Positions 28,334 through 36,681 of a DNA stretch of 64,000 nt are shown in pieces. A program made the position numbers and the translations under genes. Numbering within the stretch: the stretch's first letter is position 1; the number at the start of each line of letters is the position of its first letter. The notes below the pieces were generated by a model. That model did no database searches and was not told the origin of the DNA. It worked only from the letters and a program-made list of their open reading frames with translations. Source of the stretch: Verrucomicrobiota bacterium (lineage in GTDB: Bacteria; Verrucomicrobiota; Verrucomicrobiia; Limisphaerales; UBA11358); the NCBI GenBank assembly GCA_049510395.1, contig JBEKYY010000016.1:3095-67094 (forward strand). The letters run 5' to 3'.

Positions 28334-28403
28334 CCACAGATTGACACAGATGAAACACAGATTTTTCATTTTATCTGCGTTCAATCTGTGTTTCATCTGT
28401 GGC
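28333..28403. repeat. imperfect palindrome of CACAGAT/GAAACACAGAT units between sufT and sufS
   Basis: gccacagattgacacagatgaaacacagat...atctgcgttcaatctgtgtttcatctgtggc. A related ATCCGTGTTCATCCGTGG motif is at 36638..36666. Confidence 0.55.
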
Positions 28404-28414
28404 AAAAAATTCCA

Positions 28415-29647
28415 ATGAATAAAACTGTTGACTGGGCGGCGCTGCGAAAGGATTTCCCGATCCTCGACCAGCAGGTCCACGGGAAGCCGTTGATTTATTT
28501 CGACAACGCTGCGACATCGCAAAAACCGCGCGCGGTGATTGACGCGTTGGTGCATTACTACGAACGCGACAACGCCAATGTCCATCGCGGCATCCATGAA
28601 TTGAGCAATCGCGCCACGGCGGGTTATGAGGCCGCCCGGACGCGTGCCGCCAAGTTCATCAACGCCCGCAGCGCCGAGGAAATCGTATTCACACGCGGCA
28701 CGACCGAGGGCATCAACCTGGTTGCCGGTTCCTGGGGCGCGAAAAATCTCAAAGCCAACGACATTATCCTGCTCACGGAAATGGAGCATCACAGCAACTT
28801 GGTGCCGTGGCAACTGCTCGCCCAACGCACCGGAGCCAGGCTCGCCTATTTACCCATCTCAGGTGACGATGCCCTGCTCGATCTGACCAAGCTCGATTCA
28901 TTGCTGACGAAACAGGTCAAGCTGTTTGCGATGGTCCACATCTCGAACTCGATGGGCACGGTGAATCCGGTTGCCGACCTTTGCGCCCGCGCGCGCAGGC
29001 TTGGTATCACCACGCTCGTGGACGCCGCGCAAAGCGCCGGCCACATGCCGGTGGACGTGCAGGCCATCGGCTGCGATTTCCTCGCGTTCTCCGGCCATAA
29101 AATCTGCGGGCCGACCGGTATCGGAATTTTGTGGGGCCGACAGGAATTGCTCGACGCCATGCCGCCGTATCAGGGCGGCGGCGAAATGATTTTGTCCGTT
29201 GAATATCAAAAGACCGAGTTCAAGAAGGCGCCGCACCGGTTCGAAGCCGGCACGCCGGACATTTCCGGCCCGATTGGTCTGCACGCCGCGATGGACTATC
29301 TCGACGCCATCGGGCGGGATAACATCTGGAAACACGACCAGGAACTGGCGACCTACGCCTACGAAAAACTGGCCGCGCTGAAGGGCATCCGGTTGTTCGG
29401 CCCGAAGCAAGGTCGTGGCGGGCTGGTTAGTTTTCTGCTCAAGGACATTCATGCGCACGACGTGGTGACGTTGGCCGACCAGGCCGGCGTGGCCTTGCGT
29501 GGTGGACATCACTGCACGCAACCGCTCATGCACCGGCTCGGCGTGGAATCCACCGCCCGCGCCAGCTTCTATTTTTACAACACCAAAGCCGAAGTGGACC
29601 GGTTCGTGGAAGTGGTGAAGGAAATTCAGAAATTTTTCGCGCAGTAA
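28415..29647 (+). CDS. sufS: cysteine desulfurase SufS
   Basis: YFDNAATSQKP, NVHRGIH, FSGHKICGPTGIG (PLP lysine), and RGGHHCTQPLM (catalytic Cys). Confidence 0.95.
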   Translation: MNKTVDWAALRKDFPILDQQVHGKPLIYFDNAATSQKPRAVIDALVHYYERDNANVHRGIHELSNRATAGYEAARTRAAKFINARSAEEIVFTRGTTEGINLVAGSWGAKNLKANDIILLTEMEHHSNLVPWQLLAQRTGARLAYLPISGDDALLDLTKLDSLLTKQVKLFAMVHISNSMGTVNPVADLCARARRLGITTLVDAAQSAGHMPVDVQAIGCDFLAFSGHKICGPTGIGILWGRQELLDAMPPYQGGGEMILSVEYQKTEFKKAPHRFEAGTPDISGPIGLHAAMDYLDAIGRDNIWKHDQELATYAYEKLAALKGIRLFGPKQGRGGLVSFLLKDIHAHDVVTLADQAGVALRGGHHCTQPLMHRLGVESTARASFYFYNTKAEVDRFVEVVKEIQKFFAQ

Positions 29648-29932
29648 ACCAGTCATGAAAATCGTAAAGCAATCCATGACTTGCTTCAGTTAACAACGTC
29701 CAATTGAGTAGATCAGCCAACATCTGATTTTCACTCATTCCCCTCGCATGACCCAGCCTTTGGTGGGTTCTCACCAAGCAAAGAGACAAGCGGAAGCAAC
29801 CCAATCATCAATTTCCCAAGATTTGAAACCGATGATAACAACCAAACCAAGCGCCGCTGTCATTAGGTGCATATTTTTCGTGACATTTCCGGCTAAATTT
29901 GTTCTTATTATCAATTGCAGCTGGAATTAATC

Positions 29933-32900
29933 ATGCGCTTCGTAAGCAGAACATTGCCGATGCTCGTTGGTGCGGGTAAAACAAGTGACGCCAGCAAACG
30001 ATTCAGTGTCGGAGCTTTAGTAGTTCTGTTTCTCTTTTCCGCGACTCCGGTCCGGTCAGCAGAAAGACAATTGCTTCGCAATCACATTCCTGCAGTCACT
30101 TCGAAATTGCGGCCGGTGGACCGACTCGCAAGCTCGAAGCGTTTAAATCTTGTATTTGCGCTGCCGCTGCGCAACCAAAAGGCACTCACCAATCTGCTCC
30201 AGCAACTCTACGATCCGACGAGTTCCAATTACCGACAGTACCTGACGCCGCAGCAGTTTGCCGAGAGGTTTGGACCGACCGAACAAGACTATCGCGCTGT
30301 CATGGATTTTGTGAGAGCGCAGGGTTTGACTGTGACCGGAACACATCCCAACCGCACATTGTTGGACGTGAGCGGAACGGTTGCGGAAATCGAAAGTGCA
30401 TTTCATGTCAACCTGGTGGTTTACAATCACCCGATCGAAGCCCGGACGTTTTATGCACCGGATGTTGAACCTTCGATCGACCTGACGGTTCAAGCATTGG
30501 AGGTGGTGGGCCTCGATGATTATGTTATGCCGCGTCCGATGTACCACCAAATGGCAACTCCCCTTGTGCAAGCCAATGAGACGAAGCCCAACGTCGGCTC
30601 AGGACCTGGCGGGACATTTATGGGCAACGATTTCCGGGCAGCCTACATTCCGGGCATTGCGCTCACTGGCTCAGGGCAGAAGGTTGGCCTGTTAGAATTT
30701 GATGGATACTTTACCAATGATCCAGTCCAATATGCGATCCAAGCCGGTCTGACGAACATTCTGACGATCACCAATGTGCTGGTGGACGGATTCGACGGCA
30801 CCCCTGGTTCCTACAATGTTGAGGTTGCCTTGGATATCGAAATGGTCATGTCCATGGCTCCGGGAGCTCAGATTATCGTCTATGAAGGTTCCATCACCAC
30901 ACCAACAATTATCATAGATCTCTTGAACCGTATGGCGACCGATAATCTGGCCCAGCAATTGAGCGCTTCCTGGACGTATCATACGGGGCCGGCGATGGAG
31001 CAGGTTTTTCAGCAAATGGCAGGGCAAGGACAATCGTTTTTTAATTGTTCCGGAGATCATGATGCTTACAGCGGAACAGTAACCACGCCGGCGGATGACC
31101 CGTATATCACAATCGTAGGGGGGACGACTTTGACGACCAGCGGGCCTGGAAGCAACTGGGTGTCAGAAACCTGCTGGAACTGGGGCAACGACATTGGAAG
31201 TGGCGGTGGAATCAGTACAAGCTGGGCAATTCCGTCATGGCAACAAGGCATTAATATGTCGAGCAATAATGGTTCAACGACCATGCGGAACCTCCCTGAC
31301 GTTGCGATGGTGGCGGACAGGGTTTATGCCATCGCCGACAACGGCGCGCCGCAGTATCTGGGCGGCACAAGCATTTCGACTCCGCTCTGGGCAGCGTTTA
31401 CGGCGTTGGTCAATGAGAAGGCGGGGCTTCAAGGCAAGCAACCGGTCGGTTTTGTCAATTATGCCCTCTACGCCATTGGCCAAGGAACGAATTACAACAC
31501 GGCATTCCACGACATTACGACCGGCAACAACACAAACAGCAACAGTCCAAACAACTTTTTCGCCGTGCCAGGCTACGACCTTTGCACAGGTTGGGGAACC
31601 CCGACACCAAACTTGATTGATGCCATGCTCAACGTCCAGTTCGTCATTCCAAATGGCTGGACACTAACGAGCCTGCCAAATGAAGATTGGTCTGGCGTCG
31701 CCTCTTCAGCAGACGGCACTAAGTTGGTTGCAGTAGACTTGTCTGGAGGACATCAGATCTATGTCTCGTCTTCATCAGGAGTGATTTGGCGGCCCTATGG
31801 GCCGGCAGCAAGCTGGCGCGGAATTGCCTCCTCCGCCGACGGAACTAAATTGGCCGCGGCACCGTGGTATGGCTCCATTTACATCTCGACAGATTCCGGT
31901 GTCACATGGACAGCGACGACTTCACCTTCCTATTCGTGGCGTTCGATGGCCTCTTCGGCCGATGGAACCAAATTGGCTGCGGGGGCATTCTGGGAAGGGG
32001 TTTTTGAAGTTTCGACCAATTCAGGTGCAACTTGGATGGCATCCAGCATGTCTGGCAGTATAAATTGGATGCCAGTCGCTTGGTCAGCAGACGGCGGCGT
32101 GTTGGTGGCTGCTTGTGGTAGTACGGTTTATGTATCAACCAATTCAGGCGCCACAAGCAGGTCAACTACCTTGCCGGGAATGAATTGTACATCTGTGGCT
32201 TCGGCGGCGGATGGCTCCAAACTGTTTGCTGCTGGAGGTTCCATTTACATATCCACAAACCTGGGGGCGAGTTGGACAATTTCCGGGCCCGCTTCCGGGG
32301 CGGGATTAGTGGCGTGTTCCGGAGATGGCTACAGACTTGCAGCCGTATCGGACCAAGTTTACATTTCAGACGATGGAGGGACAACTTGGACGTGTGTCGG
32401 ACCACGAACGCCCCCCACATATATGAGTTGGTCGACGATCGCCTGTTCTGCTGATGGAAGCAGATTAATCGCGGCAATAGAGGATTATTATGATGGGCCG
32501 GTTTACACAGGCGTGTTTCCCCGAAGTGGACCAATCATCACGACGCCCCCCGCCAATCAGGCGGCCGTCGTCGGCAGCGACGCGGTGTTCAGTGTGGTTG
32601 CCATTGGCCCTCCGCCTTTGACTTATCAGTGGAGTTATAACGGAACAAATATTTTGGGTGCCACCAACAGTTGGTTAATCTTGACCAATGTGCAATTCAG
32701 CCAAGCCGGCTATTACGGTGTGCAAGTGAATGACGTTTATGGTTCACGTTTCAGTCCCAACGTGGCGCTGACGGTTGTTCCACCGCCGGTAACAATTCTG
32801 GTCCAGCCGACAAATCAAACAGCGGTTCTGGGCACCGCAGTGCGTTTCACCGTTACCGCGCTCGGCACGCCGCCGTTGAGTTACCAATGGTTGTTCAACG

Positions 32901-35458
32901 GCACGAACATGGCTGGGGCGACAAATAGTGAGCTGATGCTTTTCAATGTCCAACCGACCAACGCCGGCACGTACGCCGTGACGGTAGCCAATGCGTATGG
33001 CCCAATCACCAGTTCCAATGCGGTATTGACGTTGATTTCACCAACGCCGTGTGCCGAGCCGCCCTCCGGGTTGATCAGTTGGTGGCAGGCGGAAGGCAAT
33101 GCCATCGATAGAATGGGAACCATCAACGGCTCGTTGGTCGGCAACACAACTTACGGTCCGGGTTTTATAGGTCAGTGCTTTGTTCTCGACGGCGACGGCG
33201 ATGCCATCACGCTGGGCAATCTCTCGAGCTTTGGGTTGCAGGTATTCACGGTTGAGATGTGGATCAAACGAACCAGCACAACGCTCAGTACTCAAAACGG
33301 AAGCAAGGCCTATCTGTTCGCCTTCGGTGGCGGCGAAGACGGATTTGGTCTATTTAACGATGGCACTCTATTCTTTCAAAGTGGCTGCTGTTACGGAACC
33401 GGGGCACCTGTCAACGATACGAATTGGCATCATGTGGCGGTGACCGCGACTGGCACTGGTGACACCATCTATATCGATGGAACAGTCAGGGGAGGTTCGA
33501 TGTGGCCGAAATCGTTCTCCTTAACCACCGTGGCCATCGGTGCGCGAGGGGACGCTACGGCCAACAGTTTTTACGGAGCGATTGACGAACCTTCGCTGTA
33601 CAATCGCGTGCTTTCCGACACTGAAATTCAATCCATTTACAATGCCGGTGTCTATGGCAAGTGTTTGTTGCCGGCTCCACCCTTTATTCTGTCCCAGCCG
33701 ACGAACCAGGCGGTGGAGGTGGGAAGCACGGCGACCTTTACGGTTGCTGTCGGAGGCATGCGGAAGTCGTTGAGTTACCAGTGGCAATTCAATGGAACAA
33801 ACATCGTTGGACAGACAAACGCCTCGCTGGTTTTGACCAACGTCCAATTTCCGGAAGCAGGCACTTACGCGGTGCTGCTAACCAACGCGTTTGGATCAAC
33901 AACCAGTTCCAGCGCAATACTAACCGTCTACGGTCTGCCGCCCGCCATAATCTCCCAGCCGACGAACCAGACGGTGGAGGGGGGCAGCACGGCGACGTTC
34001 GCAGTGGTCGCTGGCGGCACACATCCGTTAAGTTATCAGTGGAGTTGTAATGGCACGCACCTGACTGGGGCGACGAACGCCTCGCTGGTTCTAACCAACG
34101 TCCAACGGAGTCAAGCAGGCACTTACGCGGTGCTGGTGACCAACGCTTTTGGATCAACAACCAGTTCCAGCGCAATACTAACCGTCTACGGTCTGCTGCC
34201 CGCCATCATCTCCCAGCCGACGAACCAGACGGTGGAGGTGGGGAGCACGGTGACGTTCGCGGTCTTGGCTGGCGGCACACGTCCGTTAAGTTATCAGTGG
34301 AGTTGTAATGGTACGAACCTGACTGAGGCGACGGACGCCTCGCTGGTTCTGACTAACGTTCAACTGAGTCAAGAAGGCACTTACGTGGTGCTGGTGACCA
34401 ACGCTTTTGGTTCGATCCTCAGCTCTAATGCAGTGCTGACTGTCTCTCCCGGATATGTTAACACCGTGAACATTGGCACCTCAGCAACCGTGCGAACCAA
34501 TGGGTCGTCTGTTGGTCGAGGCACTGGACTGCTGGCTTCAAAAGATGTTGCGCCCAGAGGGTACCGGTTTGCACTCCTCACAAGTGCCACCGTAACACAA
34601 AGTGAACCAGCCAATATTCTTGATGCCCAGTGGCGATTCACCGGGGTTACGATGACCAACTTTATCTATTTCGGTTCCGTCAATGGTGGTGCTCATGTTC
34701 CGGCCAATTATTGGCATTACGGCCAGAGCAATGCGTTTGTCGTGGTAGGTTGGTCGGCCAACCTTGGAAGCAACTGGCTTACGATATCGAATGATGTGGC
34801 GACTGGTGCTTGGAATACCAGTGATGGCTGCAATGGTTATTTTGGCGTGTCGCCTATTGGTTATGGGATAGCTGGCCCACCCCCTCCGGAAATCGCATTC
34901 AGGATTTGGGGTAACACCAGTACTTCGGGAGTGCCGATAAATGTCCAATGGGATTTGTATGCCGTGGGAACACGACCTGTTATCTCTTCCCACCCAACGA
35001 ATCAAACGGTGGTGGTGGGAGGTGCGGCGACATTCACGGTGGTGGCTGGCGGCATGCTGCCATTGAGTTATCAGTGGCAATTTAACGGTGCCGACTTGTG
35101 CAACGACACAAACTTCTTTCTGACTTTCACTCATGCTCAGTCCACTAACGCCGGCTTTTATCAAGTTGTCGTGACCAACGTTTACGGGTCGGTGACGAGT
35201 TCAGTCGCCACGCTCAGCATTCTGGGGGTGCCGGTGTCTTTTAGCACGAGTGGAGAAGACATCCGATACATCAACGGCCAATTCCTCATCAAACTGATCG
35301 ACTTAACCGGCCAAGGACCGTTGGTAATGGAAACATCGACCAATCTGACAGATTGGTCCCCGATCTTCACCAACCCGGCCGCGTTTGGCGAAATCAAGTT
35401 CGCTGATCCTGTGGCGACTAACAACCCGCAACGATTTTATCGGGCGCTCGTTCGGTGA
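29933..35458 (+). CDS. giant secreted multidomain protein: pro-kumamolisin activation domain + S53 sedolisin peptidase + BNR/Asp-box beta-propeller + Ig-like repeats + LamG/ConA-like domain + C-terminal W...RFYR module
   Basis: Signal peptide from the ATG at 29933. YLTPQQFAERFGPTEQDY is the propeptide. LGGTSISTPLWAAF is the S53 Ser motif. The SSADGTKLxA unit recurs seven times, and five Asp boxes are present (STDSGVTW, STNSGATW, SDDGGTTW...). Six Ig-like units share the LSYQW..NGT...AGTYAV pattern. The LamG block is WHHVAVTATG...IDEPSLYNRVLSDTEI. Confidence 0.85.
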   Translation: MRFVSRTLPMLVGAGKTSDASKRFSVGALVVLFLFSATPVRSAERQLLRNHIPAVTSKLRPVDRLASSKRLNLVFALPLRNQKALTNLLQQLYDPTSSNYRQYLTPQQFAERFGPTEQDYRAVMDFVRAQGLTVTGTHPNRTLLDVSGTVAEIESAFHVNLVVYNHPIEARTFYAPDVEPSIDLTVQALEVVGLDDYVMPRPMYHQMATPLVQANETKPNVGSGPGGTFMGNDFRAAYIPGIALTGSGQKVGLLEFDGYFTNDPVQYAIQAGLTNILTITNVLVDGFDGTPGSYNVEVALDIEMVMSMAPGAQIIVYEGSITTPTIIIDLLNRMATDNLAQQLSASWTYHTGPAMEQVFQQMAGQGQSFFNCSGDHDAYSGTVTTPADDPYITIVGGTTLTTSGPGSNWVSETCWNWGNDIGSGGGISTSWAIPSWQQGINMSSNNGSTTMRNLPDVAMVADRVYAIADNGAPQYLGGTSISTPLWAAFTALVNEKAGLQGKQPVGFVNYALYAIGQGTNYNTAFHDITTGNNTNSNSPNNFFAVPGYDLCTGWGTPTPNLIDAMLNVQFVIPNGWTLTSLPNEDWSGVASSADGTKLVAVDLSGGHQIYVSSSSGVIWRPYGPAASWRGIASSADGTKLAAAPWYGSIYISTDSGVTWTATTSPSYSWRSMASSADGTKLAAGAFWEGVFEVSTNSGATWMASSMSGSINWMPVAWSADGGVLVAACGSTVYVSTNSGATSRSTTLPGMNCTSVASAADGSKLFAAGGSIYISTNLGASWTISGPASGAGLVACSGDGYRLAAVSDQVYISDDGGTTWTCVGPRTPPTYMSWSTIACSADGSRLIAAIEDYYDGPVYTGVFPRSGPIITTPPANQAAVVGSDAVFSVVAIGPPPLTYQWSYNGTNILGATNSWLILTNVQFSQAGYYGVQVNDVYGSRFSPNVALTVVPPPVTILVQPTNQTAVLGTAVRFTVTALGTPPLSYQWLFNGTNMAGATNSELMLFNVQPTNAGTYAVTVANAYGPITSSNAVLTLISPTPCAEPPSGLISWWQAEGNAIDRMGTINGSLVGNTTYGPGFIGQCFVLDGDGDAITLGNLSSFGLQVFTVEMWIKRTSTTLSTQNGSKAYLFAFGGGEDGFGLFNDGTLFFQSGCCYGTGAPVNDTNWHHVAVTATGTGDTIYIDGTVRGGSMWPKSFSLTTVAIGARGDATANSFYGAIDEPSLYNRVLSDTEIQSIYNAGVYGKCLLPAPPFILSQPTNQAVEVGSTATFTVAVGGMRKSLSYQWQFNGTNIVGQTNASLVLTNVQFPEAGTYAVLLTNAFGSTTSSSAILTVYGLPPAIISQPTNQTVEGGSTATFAVVAGGTHPLSYQWSCNGTHLTGATNASLVLTNVQRSQAGTYAVLVTNAFGSTTSSSAILTVYGLLPAIISQPTNQTVEVGSTVTFAVLAGGTRPLSYQWSCNGTNLTEATDASLVLTNVQLSQEGTYVVLVTNAFGSILSSNAVLTVSPGYVNTVNIGTSATVRTNGSSVGRGTGLLASKDVAPRGYRFALLTSATVTQSEPANILDAQWRFTGVTMTNFIYFGSVNGGAHVPANYWHYGQSNAFVVVGWSANLGSNWLTISNDVATGAWNTSDGCNGYFGVSPIGYGIAGPPPPEIAFRIWGNTSTSGVPINVQWDLYAVGTRPVISSHPTNQTVVVGGAATFTVVAGGMLPLSYQWQFNGADLCNDTNFFLTFTHAQSTNAGFYQVVVTNVYGSVTSSVATLSILGVPVSFSTSGEDIRYINGQFLIKLIDLTGQGPLVMETSTNLTDWSPIFTNPAAFGEIKFADPVATNNPQRFYRALVR
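33675..34450 (+). repeat. three tandem ~258-261-bp coding repeats (Ig-like units) inside the giant gene
   Basis: The units begin near 33675, 33938 and 34195 (..ISQPTNQTVE.GSTATFAV.AGGT.PLSYQWSCNGT...). Units 2 and 3 are nearly identical at the nucleotide level. Confidence 0.85.
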
Positions 35459-35662
35459 AATGGCAGCAGGTTGTAGCTGTAATCCGAGGAGCTTTTCTTG
35501 CAACGATTCAGCAACGAACCATACCAAAGCGCGAAGTGTAGGAAATTTCCCCACGCACAGTGGGCATTGTTAGCTTTCGGAAGGCGGAGTTCCACGCGCC
35601 CTAAATTTTCGGGTCTCGCGGAGTTCGACCCTCCGACAGATTTTTGAGTCGTGGCAGCCAGT

Positions 35663-35915
35663 TTATTCGCGGCCGGCTGCGGCGATGAACGGCTTCAATT
35701 CCTTCATCAGCTTCGCGAACATGTCAAACGACATCTGTTGCGCGCCGTCGCTCCAGGCTTCCGCCGGGTTGGGATGCACCTCGATCAACAACGCGTCCGC
35801 GCCCATGGCCACCGCGCCCTTGCACATCGCCGCCACCAGGTCCGCGCGCCCGGCGCCCTGGCTCGGGTCAACCACGATCGGGCAGTGCGATTCGCGCTTG
35901 ATGATGGGAATGGCG
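35663..35915 (-). pseudogene. 3' fragment of a DAHP synthase gene (duplicate of the aroF C-terminus)
   Basis: It encodes ...DPSQGAGRADLVAAMCKGAVAMGADALLIEVHPNPAEAWSDGAQQMSFDMFAKLMKELKPFIAAAGRE*. This is near-identical to the last ~80 aa of the 36682..37701 product, and the whole 5' part is missing. Confidence 0.85.
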
Positions 35916-36086
35916 GACCAGGCGGGCGTAGCCTTGCGCGGCGGGCATCATTGCACCCAACCGCTCATGCGCCGGCTGGGCGTGGAATCCACCGCCCGCG
36001 CCAGTTTTTATTTCTATAACACCAAAGCCGAAGTGGACCGGTTCGTGGAAGTCATCCGCGAGATTCAAAAATTCTTCGGCGGATGA
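35912..36086 (+). pseudogene. 3' fragment of a sufS gene (duplicate of the SufS C-terminus)
   Basis: It encodes DQAGVALRGGHHCTQPLMRRLGVESTARASFYFYNTKAEVDRFVEVIREIQKFFGG*. Compare the SufS end ...HHCTQPLMHRLGVESTARASFYFYNTKAEVDRFVEVVKEIQKFFAQ*. It abuts the aroF fragment head to head. Confidence 0.85.
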
Positions 36087-36681
36087 TTAACTGCGAACGG
36101 TGGGGCGCCCGTCCTCCGCAGTAGTTTTGCTACGGAGGGTGGAAGGCTACCGACGAGCCGAAACAGTTCTTGCCGCAAAAAAGCGCAAAAGACGCAAAAC
36201 AGAGTGGTACAGGCACCCTGCCTGTCTGTGCGGAAGGGAAAAAATTGATAGTGAAGCGACCCGCCGAACCGACAGATGACTTTCAAACCCAATTTGACAA
36301 TAACGCACTGAGATATCCGTGTTCATCAGCGGTCTCTTCCGATTACACTACCACCTCAGCCAGCCGGTTTTGATTTCGGTGACCAACGATTTTCCCGGTC
36401 GCGCTCGGCGGCGCGGTCTTCCAACAATTCCTGCACGGCGGATTTCTCGCCAGGCTTGGATTTGAAGATACCGCAATATGAGCGAATCCGCTTGTGGATT
36501 TCTGTGCCTGTTATTTTTTTACGGCTGGCCATGCCAAGATTTTGCCACAGCAAGCCTGTTTTGGGAGAAAAAAGTCACGGCGCGCAAGGGACTGCGCGCC
36601 CTACCTTTCGTGTGGTTGGTGTATTTCGTAGTTAAAAATCCGTGTTCATCCGTGTTCATCCGTGGCTAAAAATCTTTGCGT

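Noticed and set aside
33675-34450. A regularly spaced repeat array, considered as a possible CRISPR.
   Set aside because: The period is ~258 bp, the units are contiguous with no unique spacers, and they lie in frame inside a long ORF encoding Ig-like domains. No CRISPR-like array of 25-40-bp repeats with spacers was seen anywhere in the window.
35685-36086. The 133-aa + ORF spanning the aroF-fragment/sufS-fragment junction, considered as a novel chimeric gene.
   Set aside because: Its N-terminal two-thirds is the antisense of the aroF fragment and only the last ~56 aa are SufS-derived. I saw no promoter or RBS. It is best treated as a by-product of the rearrangement.
36356-36553. A small - strand ORF (MASRKKITGTEIHKRIRSYCGIFKSKPGEKSAVQELLEDRAAERDRENR...), considered as an orphan antitoxin-like gene.
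   Set aside because: The charged C-terminus is reminiscent of antitoxins, but there is no partner toxin ORF and no recognisable RHH/AbrB/HTH motif. It lies in a spacer full of repeat fragments. The support is insufficient.
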